Virus record (IMG/VR): IMGVR_UViG_2061766007_002377
Length of the DNA stretch: 64,000 nt
Strand: one strand, 5' to 3'
Source: an uncultured virus (IMG/VR IMGVR_UViG_2061766007_002377)
Lineage: Duplodnaviria; Heunggongvirae; Uroviricota; Caudoviricetes
The notes under the pieces were generated by a model. The model searched no databases. It was not told where the DNA came from and was given only the letters and a program-made list of their open reading frames with translations. A program made the translations under genes and the position numbers. Shown here piece by piece: positions 1 through 10,802 of this stretch (within the stretch, counting starts at the first letter, position 1; each line of letters starts with the position of its first letter).

Positions 1-1013
1 ACACGATGCCGTATGTGGAAGAAATGGGATGCAAGGTTACGGAGTAGCAGACTTGGCGGGAGTGAACGCAACCATAACGGCAAACGGGGGCGGGTTAGCC
101 AAAACGGGCGGAAATTTGATAGTGGAGAAGTTTGATGGATGACATCGGCTTTTTGGTGCTGAAGAGAGAGAGAGAGAGAGTAACCCTGCTAGTGCGTGAA
201 GCAACTTCAGAGGGTTACAGCGTTGCTCTTCCTGGGGATTCGATAAACATAGCTTTTCCCCAGTCGCAAACAAGAAGAGGCAGGGTGGGTCACGGCATAG
301 CACAGACCCTTCTGACCGAAAGTGAACAGGTGGTGGTAGTTGAAGAACGAATTGATACACATGGGAAACATGAGGGGCGGTAAATGGGAGAAGACCTTTG
401 AAGAGTCAAGGCGATTCTATTCCGCAGACGGAATAAGCCCAACTGTTACGGCAAAAGGCGGAGGAAATCAGGAAATCAAAATTGGGGAACTGATGCCTCG
501 TCTTGTGGGCGGAGTCGGAGAGAAGAAGTCCAACGGCGGAACGCAGTTCTATCAACAGGACAGGATTTATTCTTCTGACACAGTTGCAATGGCACATCCT
601 GCACAGATTCCAGGTGGAAGTTATATGTACGCAGTTGAGGAGGAAATAGAAGTGTTTGAGAAACAGGTGCGAATTGCTGCAAGCAGAGGGAGAGATCCTG
701 AAAATCCGTCATGCAGAGAGAGAGAGAGCAGAATCTTTCTCAACGCTTGGAAATGGGCGAGGAAGGCATGGCGAATACTCTGACGACAGTAGCAAAGGAC
801 AATCTGTGTGTAGAGACCGTTGTGAGAGTCCGCCGCCTTACTCCGAAAGAGTGTTACCGCCTTATGGGGTTCTCTGACGAGGACTTTGACAGAGCAAAGG
901 CTGTTGTCTCGGATGGACAGCTCTACAGACAGGCAGGCAACAGCATAGTGGTGGATGTACTTGAGGCAATCTTTACCAACCTCAAGCCGTATTTTATGGA
1001 AGAAGCGGTCTGA
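1..1013 (+). CDS. C5 DNA cytosine methyltransferase, variable and C-terminal region, split over several frames
   Basis: RRLTPKECYRLMGF...QLYRQAGNSIVV (motifs IX-X) in ORF 711-1013; phage-MTase-type variable modules in ORFs 132-383 and 340-783; AG repeat tracts near 163-180 and 715-728. Confidence 0.7.
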
Positions 1014-1061
1014 CCGCTTATCAAACAATCTCCGATACCCGTTGCTAGGAAAGGAGAGGAA

Positions 1062-1430
1062 ATGCAGGTTTTGGATGACATGATTCGCAAGGCATTAAGC
1101 GAAGGTCTTTTGGAAGTTGATGCGGAGAATGGCAAGGTTTACAGCCTTCTCAAAGGCTCAAGGCGTGAACTCAAAGGCGAGAGAAACAAGAAGGGCTACA
1201 AGCGGTTTTCTTTCTACATCAACGGACAGAGATGTCATTTCAGATTCAATAGGGTGGTCTATATCGCACAGCACGGATTCATACCGGAAGACATGATGAT
1301 AGACCACATCAACAATGACAAGAACGACAACAGGATTTGCAATTTGCAGGCACTTAGCAATGCCGACAATATCCGTAAGTCCTTCAGCGACAGGAGGAAC
1401 AGAGAGGCAATACAGCCGGATCTGTTTTAG
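1062..1430 (+). CDS. HNH endonuclease (HNH_3-like)
   Basis: DHINNDKNDNRICNLQAL motif; AGGAGAGG RBS. Confidence 0.8.
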   Translation: MQVLDDMIRKALSEGLLEVDAENGKVYSLLKGSRRELKGERNKKGYKRFSFYINGQRCHFRFNRVVYIAQHGFIPEDMMIDHINNDKNDNRICNLQALSNADNIRKSFSDRRNREAIQPDLF

Positions 1431-1627
1431 ATGCCCATGCTCAACCAGATAATCAAGACCCTGGAGTCAAGCGAAAGGGCAAGGCGCAGGGAGTACGAGG
1501 ACTTGAAACTCAAGGCTCTGCAAGCAGAAGGGGATGCTGCCGTGGTACTGGCGAAGAAAGCCGAATATGCGCGCGGTATGGCGAATGGACTGGATTTGGC
1601 AGTCACGTTTTTGAAAAACAAAGAGTA
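1431..1627 (+). CDS. Phage hypothetical protein (variant copy inverted at 3603-3743)
   Basis: Near-identical ORF occurs twice; truncated by a gap. Confidence 0.5.
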
Positions 1628-1890
1628 NNNNNNNNNNATGCCGTGGCACTGGCGAAGAAAGCCGAATATGCGCGCGGCATGGCGAATGGACTGGATTTGG
1701 CAGTCACGTTTTTGAAAAACAGAGTATGAAATGGAGGGACAAGATGGGAATACAGAAACTTGAAGGCTATGGCCGTATGAGCGAAGAAGAGCAGAGGTTC
1801 TATGAGAACACAAAGACCGTGAGCATGGTGGACAGAATCTGCTTTGCAATCAGGGCGGTTCTGATGCACAGAAGGGCTGTNNNNNNNNNN

Positions 1891-2211
1891 GTCATCACTA
1901 CCCCAAGGGCGGATGAGAATATCTTTATCAACGAGATAATTTTCGCAACCCTTGTCATAGGTATGATAAATAGACACTGACTGACCATGTGTATATGTCC
2001 GCTCTCCATTTCCTTTTCCGCACCATTCTGCCAACTGGCGGTTAGTCATTCTCTTGGGCTTTTCTTCGGGCTTAATACGGTATTCATGATGATTCCAGTC
2101 CCATGATGGACTTTCGTTATTCCACCAACCATCCTTACCTATCATTCTTGTCTGAATCTTCTTACCTTCTTCATAAGCCTGCATTACGGCTATCATCTCT
2201 TTTGTTGTCAT
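1891..2211 (-). CDS. Phage hypothetical protein (3' end lost in gap)
   Basis: ORF with RBS overlapping the upstream stop; PSWDWNHHEYRIKP motif typical of small phage proteins. Confidence 0.55.
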
Positions 2212-2630
2212 TTCTCTTCCTTCTTTCCGGTCGCTATTACCAGATTGTTAATTGTCTGCTTTGCTGCTTTCAAAGACTCTGTAAGCGGCATAATTACGCC
2301 CTTGAGCAAGAGCATCAGCGCACACATCTGCGCAGGGTTTCTTCCCGACATTGACAAGATAATTGCGTCCTTGCAGTCCTCTTTCATCTGTGCATTTCCA
2401 AGGCTGTCGAGTAAAGCTTCAGTGTCCATATCGCCCGCAAAAGCGGCGACCGTGAACGCACCGAAAATCTGTTCACTTGTCAGGCATTCGCAATTTGTGT
2501 CATTCTCCCTGAACGATTCTTTACAGATGCCTCTGATTTTCTCCAATCTGTCACCTGCAATCATGGCGCACATCATACTGTTCTCAAACGGTGAAATACT
2601 GTTCAGCATTTTCTTTTCGTTATCAGTCAT
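2208..2630 (-). CDS. Phage hypothetical protein
   Basis: 140-aa ORF with GGAGG RBS in a coupled leftward operon. Confidence 0.55.
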   Translation of the reverse strand: MTDNEKKMLNSISPFENSMMCAMIAGDRLEKIRGICKESFRENDTNCECLTSEQIFGAFTVAAFAGDMDTEALLDSLGNAQMKEDCKDAIILSMSGRNPAQMCALMLLLKGVIMPLTESLKAAKQTINNLVIATGKKEEK

Positions 2631-3751
2631 TTTTCTTCCTCCTTGTTTCTTCTACTTCCACGCTGAAATCAAATACATGACAGCCTGGAACATATACATC
2701 GGTAAGATTCCCAACAGACTCAGCACCAGAACTATCAAGCATACAAATCCCGCCTTTGCAAAGACTTCTCTGTCCGTAATGAGATGCAGTGCCAAGCTCA
2801 GAATCAGTAATACCACCGAGCCTGAGACAATCAGAAACAGCACCGTTATTGCCTTATCAAGTCCTGCCATACTCACTCCTTCACCCGGTCAAAAAGCCTG
2901 CAATGGAATATATATCCATCCGTATAATGCTCCTTGGCTCTGCACGTTTTGTCATGCGTACAGGACAGACAGAGAGCCTTGGCAGTCAGAATCATAAAAT
3001 CGTTCAAATCCGGCTTCTGATTCGCAATTTCAAAGTTCACTCTCAAATACTCCTGCCTTTTCATCTCGCCCTCGTGCTTTGAGTCTGCAAACGCAGCACA
3101 TGAAGCACTGCAATATGCCTTGTTATCATATTTTGCACCGAACACTGTTCCGTCACCTATACTCTTGTGACAGGTCGCACATACGTTCACCCTTCTGCCC
3201 TCCTTCTCTGTGCAGTCAAAATGCGCTCGACTGTCATAAACTTGGCAGTGCATTTGTTGCACCCGTAAGTCCTTGTAGTCACGCTCTCACCCTGTTTGAT
3301 TTCCACTACAACCGTCTTGTCTGAATTACACTTCGGACACTTCATTGCTCTCTCTTGCCTCCTGTGCTTCTTTCATGGCCCTCATAAGAGCCTCTGCCCT
3401 TTCTACAGCCCTTCTGTGCATCAGAACCGCCCTGATTGCAAAGCAGATTCTGTCTACCATGCTCACGGTCTTTGTGTTCTCATAGAACCTCTGCTCTTCT
3501 TCACTNNNNNNNNNNNNNNNNNNNNNNNNNNNNNNNNNNNNNNNNNNNNNNNNNNNNNNNNNNNNNNNNNNNNNNNNNNNNNNNNNNNNNNNNNNNNNNN
3601 NNGCCGTGCGCATATTCGGCTTTCTTTGCCAGTGCCACGGCAGCATCTCCTTCTGCTTGCAGAGCCTTGAGTTTCAAGTCCTCGTACTCCCTGCGCCTTG
3701 CCCTTTCGCTTGCCTCCAGGGTCTTGATTATCTGGTTGAGCATGGGCTCTC

Positions 3752-4190
3752 CTAAAACAAATCCGGCTGATATTCCCTGATGCGCTTTTCGGCAATCTGG
3801 AAATACTGCTCATCCAATTCAATTCCAATGAAAGGTCTGCCAAGTTCCCTACAAGCCTCTCCTGTTGTTCCGCTACCCATGAAAGGGTCAATTACCGTCA
3901 TATCTTCAGGAAGGATGCCTACGATCCGCCTCATTACTTCCAAAGGCATCTGACAAGGGTGTTTCTCTTTGTCAGTCGAAACATTCTTGACCTGTTGAAT
4001 TTCCCACCNNNNNNNNNNNNNNNNNNNNNNNNNNNNNNNNNNNTGAACCCTCTTGTCTGACAGATTCTTGTAAGGCTGTCTGACCTTCTTGAAATCAGGT
4101 TTTACATTAAAGAAAGCAATGTCCCTGTGTTGCCTTGGAAGGTTTGAATTATACACCCAACTTATTACCTTGTAAGGAATTATACCCCCC
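3752..4190 (-). CDS. N6-adenine/N4-cytosine DNA methyltransferase, C-terminal part (N-terminus probably at 6387-6442)
   Basis: HPCQMPLEV and VIDPFMGSGTTG...FIGIELD SAM-binding motif; MDYKLYCGDCREVI fragment elsewhere. Confidence 0.8.
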
Positions 4191-4300
4191 CCNNNNNNNN
4201 NNTACCCAATATTTGAAGAAGATACCCCAGTTTCTGATAGTTTCCACATCCGCCCTTGGGGTAGTGATGAATGGATTGAACCCACTGTGGACATCTACGA

Positions 4301-4340
4301 AAGGGACTGTAAGGGAAATTAAGGGAAATTAAGGGAAATT
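4301..4340 (+). repeat. 10-bp tandem repeats (AAGGGAAATT x3 plus one degenerate copy)
   Basis: Directly visible upstream of ORF 4357. Confidence 0.8.
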
Positions 4341-4356
4341 TCCCCAATTTAGGAGA

Positions 4357-4698
4357 GTGAAGATGCTTAATGCGGTAATTAAAAAACAGTGGGCCGAGAT
4401 GATTCTGGACAATATCAAGGGAGACGAGTACAGAGCAATGAACGCCTATTGGGCCCCAAGATTCAGAAAGGAAGTCGGAGCAGAAGAATTTTTGAGAGCT
4501 TTGACCGGAAAACCGACAAATAAGACCTACAAGATAAGGTATCAGGTTGGATATGCGAAGGACTGCACCGTTTTTATTGTAACATTCCGTCTGCGTACAG
4601 GATATGGCAAGGTTGAATGGGGAGCAGTTGAGGGTGAAAAGTATTTCATCATTGGCGTTGAGTCTTTTGAGGTAATCAGAAGAAAGAAAAAACAGTAA
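4357..4698 (+). CDS. ASCH/PUA-like domain protein
   Basis: IKKQWAEMILDNIKGDEYR...YW and EWGA...YF pattern. Confidence 0.6.
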   Translation: MKMLNAVIKKQWAEMILDNIKGDEYRAMNAYWAPRFRKEVGAEEFLRALTGKPTNKTYKIRYQVGYAKDCTVFIVTFRLRTGYGKVEWGAVEGEKYFIIGVESFEVIRRKKKQ

Positions 4699-4734
4699 TC
4701 CATGCCGTTTGGCAGAAAATACAGGAGGAAGAGA

Positions 4735-5409
4735 ATGTCTAAGTTGAACATTGGAAAGGAGAGCTTTGACAGGGTTTTGTCAGGCGTACAGAAGGAAGTG
4801 TATGTGCAGGATATTCCGTACAACGAAGAAGAACTTGTCGCTCTGTGGGGCAAGGACACTTCCGGTTGGAAGAATCCGCAGAGGGTAACGCTCACCGAGT
4901 CCGAGGAAGAAGGCGCAAGGTTTGCACTTGCCGTATGTACTCTTGCAAAGGGCGAAGGTTGGCCTGAATGGGGAGCGCAGAAGGATGTTTATTATTTCAT
5001 CCTCAAGATTCAGAAGGTCGAAGCATCCTGTGAGGTTGTCGCTGAAGAAGAAAAGGCCGAAGATCCGATTGCCGAGGACAAGGTTGAAAAAGTGCCTGCA
5101 CCTGATAAGGCAGAGCCTGTAGCAGAGCCTGAGCCTGTAGTCGAAGCAGAGCCGGAAGAAGAGAAGAAGGCAGAAGTCACTGTCGAAGACGTAAAGAAGA
5201 GTGCAGATGAACTTGCCAAGGCCGCAGCAGAATCCGGTGTGGCAACCGAAGAGGCGGCAAAGGCCTTTGAGAAGGCAGCTCCGGTAATTGCGGAACCGTT
5301 CCCTGTTGTCGGAGAAGTCAAGACCGGAGAAGAGCCTGTCGAGGAAAAGAAGGCCGAGGAAAAGACCGAAACGGAAGTAAAGAAGGAGAAGGTAGGTTCT
5401 GATGAGTAG
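4735..5409 (+). CDS. ASCH-like N-terminal domain with Ala/Glu/Lys/Pro-rich tail (variant tail at 6065-6367)
   Basis: Paralogous EWGA..YYFIL motif; AGGAGG RBS; low-complexity C-terminus. Confidence 0.5.
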   Translation: MSKLNIGKESFDRVLSGVQKEVYVQDIPYNEEELVALWGKDTSGWKNPQRVTLTESEEEGARFALAVCTLAKGEGWPEWGAQKDVYYFILKIQKVEASCEVVAEEEKAEDPIAEDKVEKVPAPDKAEPVAEPEPVVEAEPEEEKKAEVTVEDVKKSADELAKAAAESGVATEEAAKAFEKAAPVIAEPFPVVGEVKTGEEPVEEKKAEEKTETEVKKEKVGSDE

Positions 5410-5684
5410 GGCAATTCTACTGATGAGCCTTCTGGGACTTGTCGCCGTCAGGCTGTTAGTTAAAAAGGACAGTCAGGCGGCAGTCCTTATCAATCTGGTT
5501 TTGGGGTTCCTGTGTCTGCTGATGAGCATTATCATGCTTGCTTCAGGAGGGGCAAGATGAGCAAGTGTTCGGATTGCAGATTCAGAGAACAGTGCAGTGA
5601 AATCGAGCAGGAGCTTTCATGTGAACAAGTGTTGGCCTTGCTCGATACACCAAGCGAAGAAGAAATAAATAATTCAGAAGGAGA

Positions 5685-5867
5685 ATGAAATTGAAGAACA
5701 GGAAAACCACAGTTTTTGCAACGGTGCTGACCCTTGCAATTATCGCATTATTGATTATTGGCTCTCTGACCTCATGCTCTCATGCAGAAGTTGTGGCAAC
5801 GCCCAGGGGAGTCGGATTTGTACGCTTTGCGGATGCAAATACGTTTGCCTCTGTACCGAAAGAGTGA
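5685..5867 (+). CDS. Small putative lipoprotein
   Basis: Basic N-terminus, hydrophobic stretch, LTSC lipobox-like; AAGGAG RBS. Confidence 0.45.
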   Translation: MKLKNRKTTVFATVLTLAIIALLIIGSLTSCSHAEVVATPRGVGFVRFADANTFASVPKE

Positions 5868-6451
5868 CAGGAGAACAGAATCCTTATGTTGCTGAATCAG
5901 TATAGTAACAATTCTGTATGGGGGAGATATAATCTCCCCCTGTTTCCCTCCAAAAAGGCCAAAACAGGGGTCAAAACAGGGCAAGGGCCTACAAATACCC
6001 CGTCAACCTATAGGAATTTAGGGGATTAGAGAGCGAGGTCGGGGGTCCCGCGCCNNNNNNNNNNGAAGTGCCTGTTGTAGAGAAGGATGCAGCAGATCCG
6101 ATTGCCGAGCCGGAAGAAGAGAAGAAGGCAGAAGTCACTGTCGAAGACGTAAAGAAAGCCGCAGATGAACTTGCCAAGGCCGCAGCAGAAGCCGGCGTGG
6201 CAACCGAAGAGGCAACAAAGGCTGTTGAGAAGGTAGGCCCGGTAATTGCAGAAGCACTCTCCGGTGCCGGAGCAGTCAAGGCCGAAGAAGAGCCTGTCGA
6301 GGAAAAGAAGGCCGAGGAAAAGGCTGAAACGGAAGTAAAGAAGGAGAAGGTAGGTTCTGATGAGTAGGGCAATTCNNNNNNNNNNTATGCCTTCGTTCTT
6401 TATCACTTCTCTGCAATCGCCGCAGTACAACTTGTAATCCATACTTCCCTT

Positions 6452-7564
6452 TTAAAAATTGAAAGTTCTCTCTACTCCCACTAACGCCTGCGCCATCTTC
6501 GGACACACGGCATTACCTATTTGTTTCACTACATCAGCCCTGTTTCCTGTGAACTGATAGTCCTGCGGAAAACTCTGTGCCGCTGCAAGCTCATGCGGTT
6601 GCAACATTCTGAATCCAATGCGTACGTTTTCTTTTGCTTCAATCAAGGCAAAACGCTCTCTGGTAGTAACAACGGGAAGCGGACTTTCTTTCGGATCGTG
6701 ACAGGCTCCGTTGCTGTAATACTCCATTACAAGCGCATGGTGCGCCCCTGAACAGGACACCGTTGAAAGCGGCTCTGACACAGGACGGCATCCGCTCTTG
6801 CCCCTGAGTTCTGCAATCAGAGGTTGAACAAGGCCGTAACGATTGGAAGTGTCCAGAACGGGAACAGGCTCACTAATCGGGTGAACCCTGTTCTCTCCGC
6901 CGTTGTACCGGGCAAGGAACGGGATTGCCGCATCTCCCCAATACTTCTCTATGCCGTTGAGAATCCTTTTCATGGTTGCCTCGACAAGCGGTTTTTTCCT
7001 CTCGTCAATAGGCTGACAGGGAATAGACCAGTCAATGACATCCTTTGCCGGAATCCACTTCTGTTTTTCTTCAAACAGTCCGCTTTCCACCGTCTTTGCG
7101 TGTGTCGGCTCAGGCCACAGGATGCTCTTGTTGCCCTTGACCGCCTGCAGAAAGAATCTTGTTCTTGTTGTCGGTGCGCCGAAATCTGCCGCATTGCAGA
7201 ATCTCCAGTCAACGGTGTAACCCATTGCCTTGATAGCGTTCACGAACATATAGAAGAACTCGCCCTTTTTCTTCTCAATCGGCCTGTTCTTGCTGTTAAG
7301 CGGCCCCCATGTGACAAACTCCTTCACGTTCTCGACAATCAGGCGTTTTACATCCAACATGGAAAGCCAACGCAGAATGTCAAACGGGGTGCAACGGCTC
7401 TGATTGTCCATAGGCTTTCCGCCACGGGCCACAGAGAAGTTTGTACATTCAGGACTGGCCCACATCAGTTCAACTCTGCGGTCTTTGATAAGGTCTGTTG
7501 GCGTTATGCTCTGAATGTCCTGACAAACACACTCGTCTGCCGGGAAGTTCTTTGCGTGAGTTTC
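6452..7564 (-). CDS. C5 DNA cytosine methyltransferase (5' end lost in gap)
   Basis: WASPEC catalytic motif, ENV, GAPTTRTRFF, KQIGNAV. Confidence 0.85.
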   Translation of the reverse strand, partial: ETHAKNFPADECVCQDIQSITPTDLIKDRRVELMWASPECTNFSVARGGKPMDNQSRCTPFDILRWLSMLDVKRLIVENVKEFVTWGPLNSKNRPIEKKKGEFFYMFVNAIKAMGYTVDWRFCNAADFGAPTTRTRFFLQAVKGNKSILWPEPTHAKTVESGLFEEKQKWIPAKDVIDWSIPCQPIDERKKPLVEATMKRILNGIEKYWGDAAIPFLARYNGGENRVHPISEPVPVLDTSNRYGLVQPLIAELRGKSGCRPVSEPLSTVSCSGAHHALVMEYYSNGACHDPKESPLPVVTTRERFALIEAKENVRIGFRMLQPHELAAAQSFPQDYQFTGNRADVVKQIGNAVCPKMAQALVGVERTFNF

Positions 7565-7674
7565 NNNNNNNNNNTGCTGCCTTGGTAATTGACGGAAATG
7601 TCACAGCCAGATTACCTCTTGAAACCACAACTTCTCTCATACAACTGCCCTCCTGCAATCTTCTNNNNNNNNNN

Positions 7675-8418
7675 CCGTTGCCGTTCTCGGCATTACGCCT
7701 TGCGTGTTCTTCAAAGCTCTGTATGGTCTTCTCTGACAGGTAATACTTCTCTTCAACCTTGTCTTCGAGCATATCTTTCAGGCACAACTGAAGCGGTATC
7801 GGCTCCGGGAACACATATCCCATGTCAATGTCCTTGCGAATTGAAATGATGAACACTCTCTCTGTTCTGCGGTATGCCATAGTTCTTGGCGTTCAACACG
7901 GAAACATAGTTGTTGTACCCTGCCTCATCCAATGACTCCTGGACTGTGTGGTAAGCATCCAAAAAAGACTGCCCCATTAGATTCTTTACATTCTCGGCAA
8001 TGGCAATCCTCGGCTTACAATCGTTTATGATCCGCAAAGCTTCAAAGAAAAGACCGCTTCTTGTATAGTTGCCTTCCTCATCAAAGAACCCTTTTTGCTG
8101 TCCAGCCACAGAAATATCAGTGCATGGAAAACCATAGGTCAGAAGGTCTATTGTCCCCTTGTAAGGCTTGGCATCCACATTGCAGACATCCCATAAGTTC
8201 TTGTCTTCTGAAACTCCGTGAATTGCGGCATACGCTTTGGATGCGTACTTGTCTATCTCGCAGTAGGCAACAAGTTCATAAGGTATGTCGCATTTGTCCA
8301 ATGCCTTCTCAAAAGCACCTATCCCGGAGAATAAAGACAGGAGCCTTATTCTCTTTTTCGGAGCGTTCTGAGCATTTTTTATCTTGTCTTCAAAACCCAT
8401 AGTAAACAGGTCTTCCAT
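7675..8418 (-). CDS. C5 DNA cytosine methyltransferase N-terminal part, frameshifted at (AG)4 7856-7863
   Basis: LSLFSGIGAFE, GFPCTD, ENVKNL, GIPQNRE then RVFII in a different frame. Confidence 0.8.
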
Positions 8419-8585
8419 TACGCATACCTCACTTTCACCACCGCCCCTGTGTCCGTACTCAGATAGCGTTCTTTCTTTATGCACTTCCATACATGAGCAA
8501 ACGACCTTCCCATTTCCTTGGCCGCCCTTGTAATCGAGGGAAATGTCACGGCCAGATTGCCTCTTGAAACCACAACTTCTCTCAT
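8418..8585 (-). CDS. Small NUMOD1-like DNA-binding protein (further fragments near 7575-7640 and 28325-28414)
   Basis: FPSITRAAKEMGRS...KCIK pattern. Confidence 0.5.
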   Translation of the reverse strand: MREVVVSRGNLAVTFPSITRAAKEMGRSFAHVWKCIKKERYLSTDTGAVVKVRYA

Positions 8586-8945
8586 ACAACTGCCCTCCTG
8601 CAATCNNNNNNNNNNGCAATAAATTCTTTGCGGAATCCCTTCTCTGTTATTCTTTTGTTTAACTCGTTTGTTTCTGTCATGTCAGTATCTTACTACGATA
8701 CTTTCAGCCTTGTCAACAAGAATTGTTCAAAAAAAATTGCCAAATAAGATACTTGGGTTTATACTGAAAATCCCCACNNNNNNNNNNAGCGTTCTGCGCT
8801 CTGTGTTTCTTCTTTCGTGTCTGTCATTGTTTTTCCTCTTTCATGGCCTCTTTCATGTTCAACGCCAGAACAATATCCTCATACCTGACCGCTCCGTCCT
8901 TGTCCTTGGGAAGCGTGTCCGTCATCTGTGTAAGTTCTTCTGCCG

Positions 8946-9290
8946 TCATACAATCAACTCCAACTGGTCATCCCCTCCGAGAAAGCGTTTGAGATGCTTG
9001 AGCTGCACAAGCATTGCCTTTGCCTTCTTCTCGCGCTCCCTGTAATCCCTGCGTGCTATTTCCAACTCTTCAGGTCTATCCTTCCGAGGTCGGAAGTAAC
9101 CTTCCCTGTGGCAGGACGAGCAGATTATCACGCCTTTTTCCTTCATCTTCTGAATCTGAATCCTCATCTGCGAATCGGACAGCCCTGTCATTGCACACAA
9201 CTGCTCTCTTGTGACCGTGTTCTCGATTCCAAGACCTATCATGTCCACCTTCAGCAATTCAGAACGCCTGGCCTTCTTCATATCCGTCAT
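8946..9290 (-). CDS. Winged-HTH-like phage protein
   Basis: TREQLCAMTGLSDSQMR; homologue at 30774-31115. Confidence 0.6.
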   Translation of the reverse strand: MTDMKKARRSELLKVDMIGLGIENTVTREQLCAMTGLSDSQMRIQIQKMKEKGVIICSSCHREGYFRPRKDRPEELEIARRDYREREKKAKAMLVQLKHLKRFLGGDDQLELIV

Positions 9291-9968
9291 CTTCCTTCAA
9301 CTCCTCGTTTTTTCTCGGACACTCTTCAGGCACACGGCCTTCTTCTATGAGCATTCCGGTCTTGCAACACATGGCCGCCACGCTGTCGATGTGAATGTCA
9401 GAGCATCTTCTGCATCTGTCAGGAATGTCTGCGTTCATCTTTTTTCTCCTTTTCCTCGATACGGCTCTGAAGGTCTTCCAACTCCTTCAGATACCGTTCC
9501 TTTGTTTTCTTGTCCGGATAACAGATCCACCCGTTGTCCTCTCCTATCGGGGCATTGGTCGGATAGCCGTTGATTCCGTATCTCTTGGACAGTGCGCCTG
9601 ACATGACTTCCTGCGGATAGACGGGGATGGCCTTGAGTTTGGCAATCATCCTCGGATGCAGGTCGGTCTTCAGTGTCTTCGGCACTCTCACACCTCCTGA
9701 AGCAGGTAGTCTTCGATTTCCTCGGTACAGTGACCGCAGTTGTGTTCGCAGTCCCTGTCGGTCTTCAGCTCGCACACCAGAGTCAGCAGTTCCTCTGCCT
9801 TCTCACGCAGCGTCAGTTCCTTGTTTTCAAGTCTTTCAAGCCTTGTCACCTTCAACCCCTTTCCAAATTTGCCCGCAGAGGGGCAAAATCCTTGAAATTT
9901 CGAACTTTCCGGAAAAAGTAAGGTGTTTACTTGTCCGAAAGCCCTGCCCTTGCCTTCTGCCCTGTTTT

Positions 9969-10802
9969 TCAGAGCGGTATGCCATCATTATCATCTTCGG
10001 GACTCTCCGAACCGCCCTGCTCCATCATTTCCTCAAGGCTCGGTGAGTAGTGAAGTTTCATATAACTGTTCAACTCGACCTTGCTGTTCTGAGGGGCTTT
10101 GGAAAACGCTTTCTCAGGGATGGCGGACAATGCACTTCCTTCGGAGAGCAACACTGTCTTTCTCCTGAAAGCCGTTCTTGCGCCCAAAAGACCGACAAGG
10201 AACCTCTTGGCCCAATCCTCAAGGTTGTTCTCGATTTCATCGATAACCAAGAACGGATAGGCAATCATTTCGTTCAGCAGATCCTCGGTTGTCTTTCTGC
10301 CCTTCCATGAAGCCTGGATGCGGTAGGTCAGTTGGAGCATTGTCACCATCTGGGCCTGTCTTCCCCCACGGCAGACATAGACCACCATTGCGCAGGCTAA
10401 AAGGCTGTCCGTGTGTGTTGCGTTGTTGAATATCAGAAACAGTTGCTCTTTCTTGGAGATGAAAGCCTTTGCAATCTTTGCCTTGTCCCCTGTGAACTGG
10501 TCGAGGCTCAACTTGTACTGTGAGCGGAACAGACCGGAAGACGGAAGATAAGCCTTTGCAATGGCATCCTCGCTGTCTTTGATAATCTGCTCTTCCCTCT
10601 TGCAGTCCGCACACTCGGCTGTCGGAAAAGGTCTGCCTTCCAGACCTAGCACATAGAAGTCACCGTGCTTGTCACAATTCCAGTCTTCCCTGAGGAATCT
10701 GACATCACCTTCAAGTCTTGCGCACATCTTGATGAAATTCTTTTTGTCCTCAGTCATTTCATCCGTGCAGTCGTATCTGTCTTTGACCTTACTTATTGCC
10801 AT
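9969..10802 (-). CDS. DnaC/IstB-like helicase loader with degenerate Walker A
   Basis: CxxH/CxxC N-terminus, LLACAM, FLVIDEI Walker B, R...KTVL; directly downstream of the initiator. Confidence 0.6.
   Translation of the reverse strand: MAISKVKDRYDCTDEMTEDKKNFIKMCARLEGDVRFLREDWNCDKHGDFYVLGLEGRPFPTAECADCKREEQIIKDSEDAIAKAYLPSSGLFRSQYKLSLDQFTGDKAKIAKAFISKKEQLFLIFNNATHTDSLLACAMVVYVCRGGRQAQMVTMLQLTYRIQASWKGRKTTEDLLNEMIAYPFLVIDEIENNLEDWAKRFLVGLLGARTAFRRKTVLLSEGSALSAIPEKAFSKAPQNSKVELNSYMKLHYSPSLEEMMEQGGSESPEDDNDGIPL

Noticed and set aside
6030..6054. Possible cos site (minus strand contains CGACCTCGC as at the lambda left end)
   Set aside because: Short match at a gap edge and far from terS; needs read-terminus analysis
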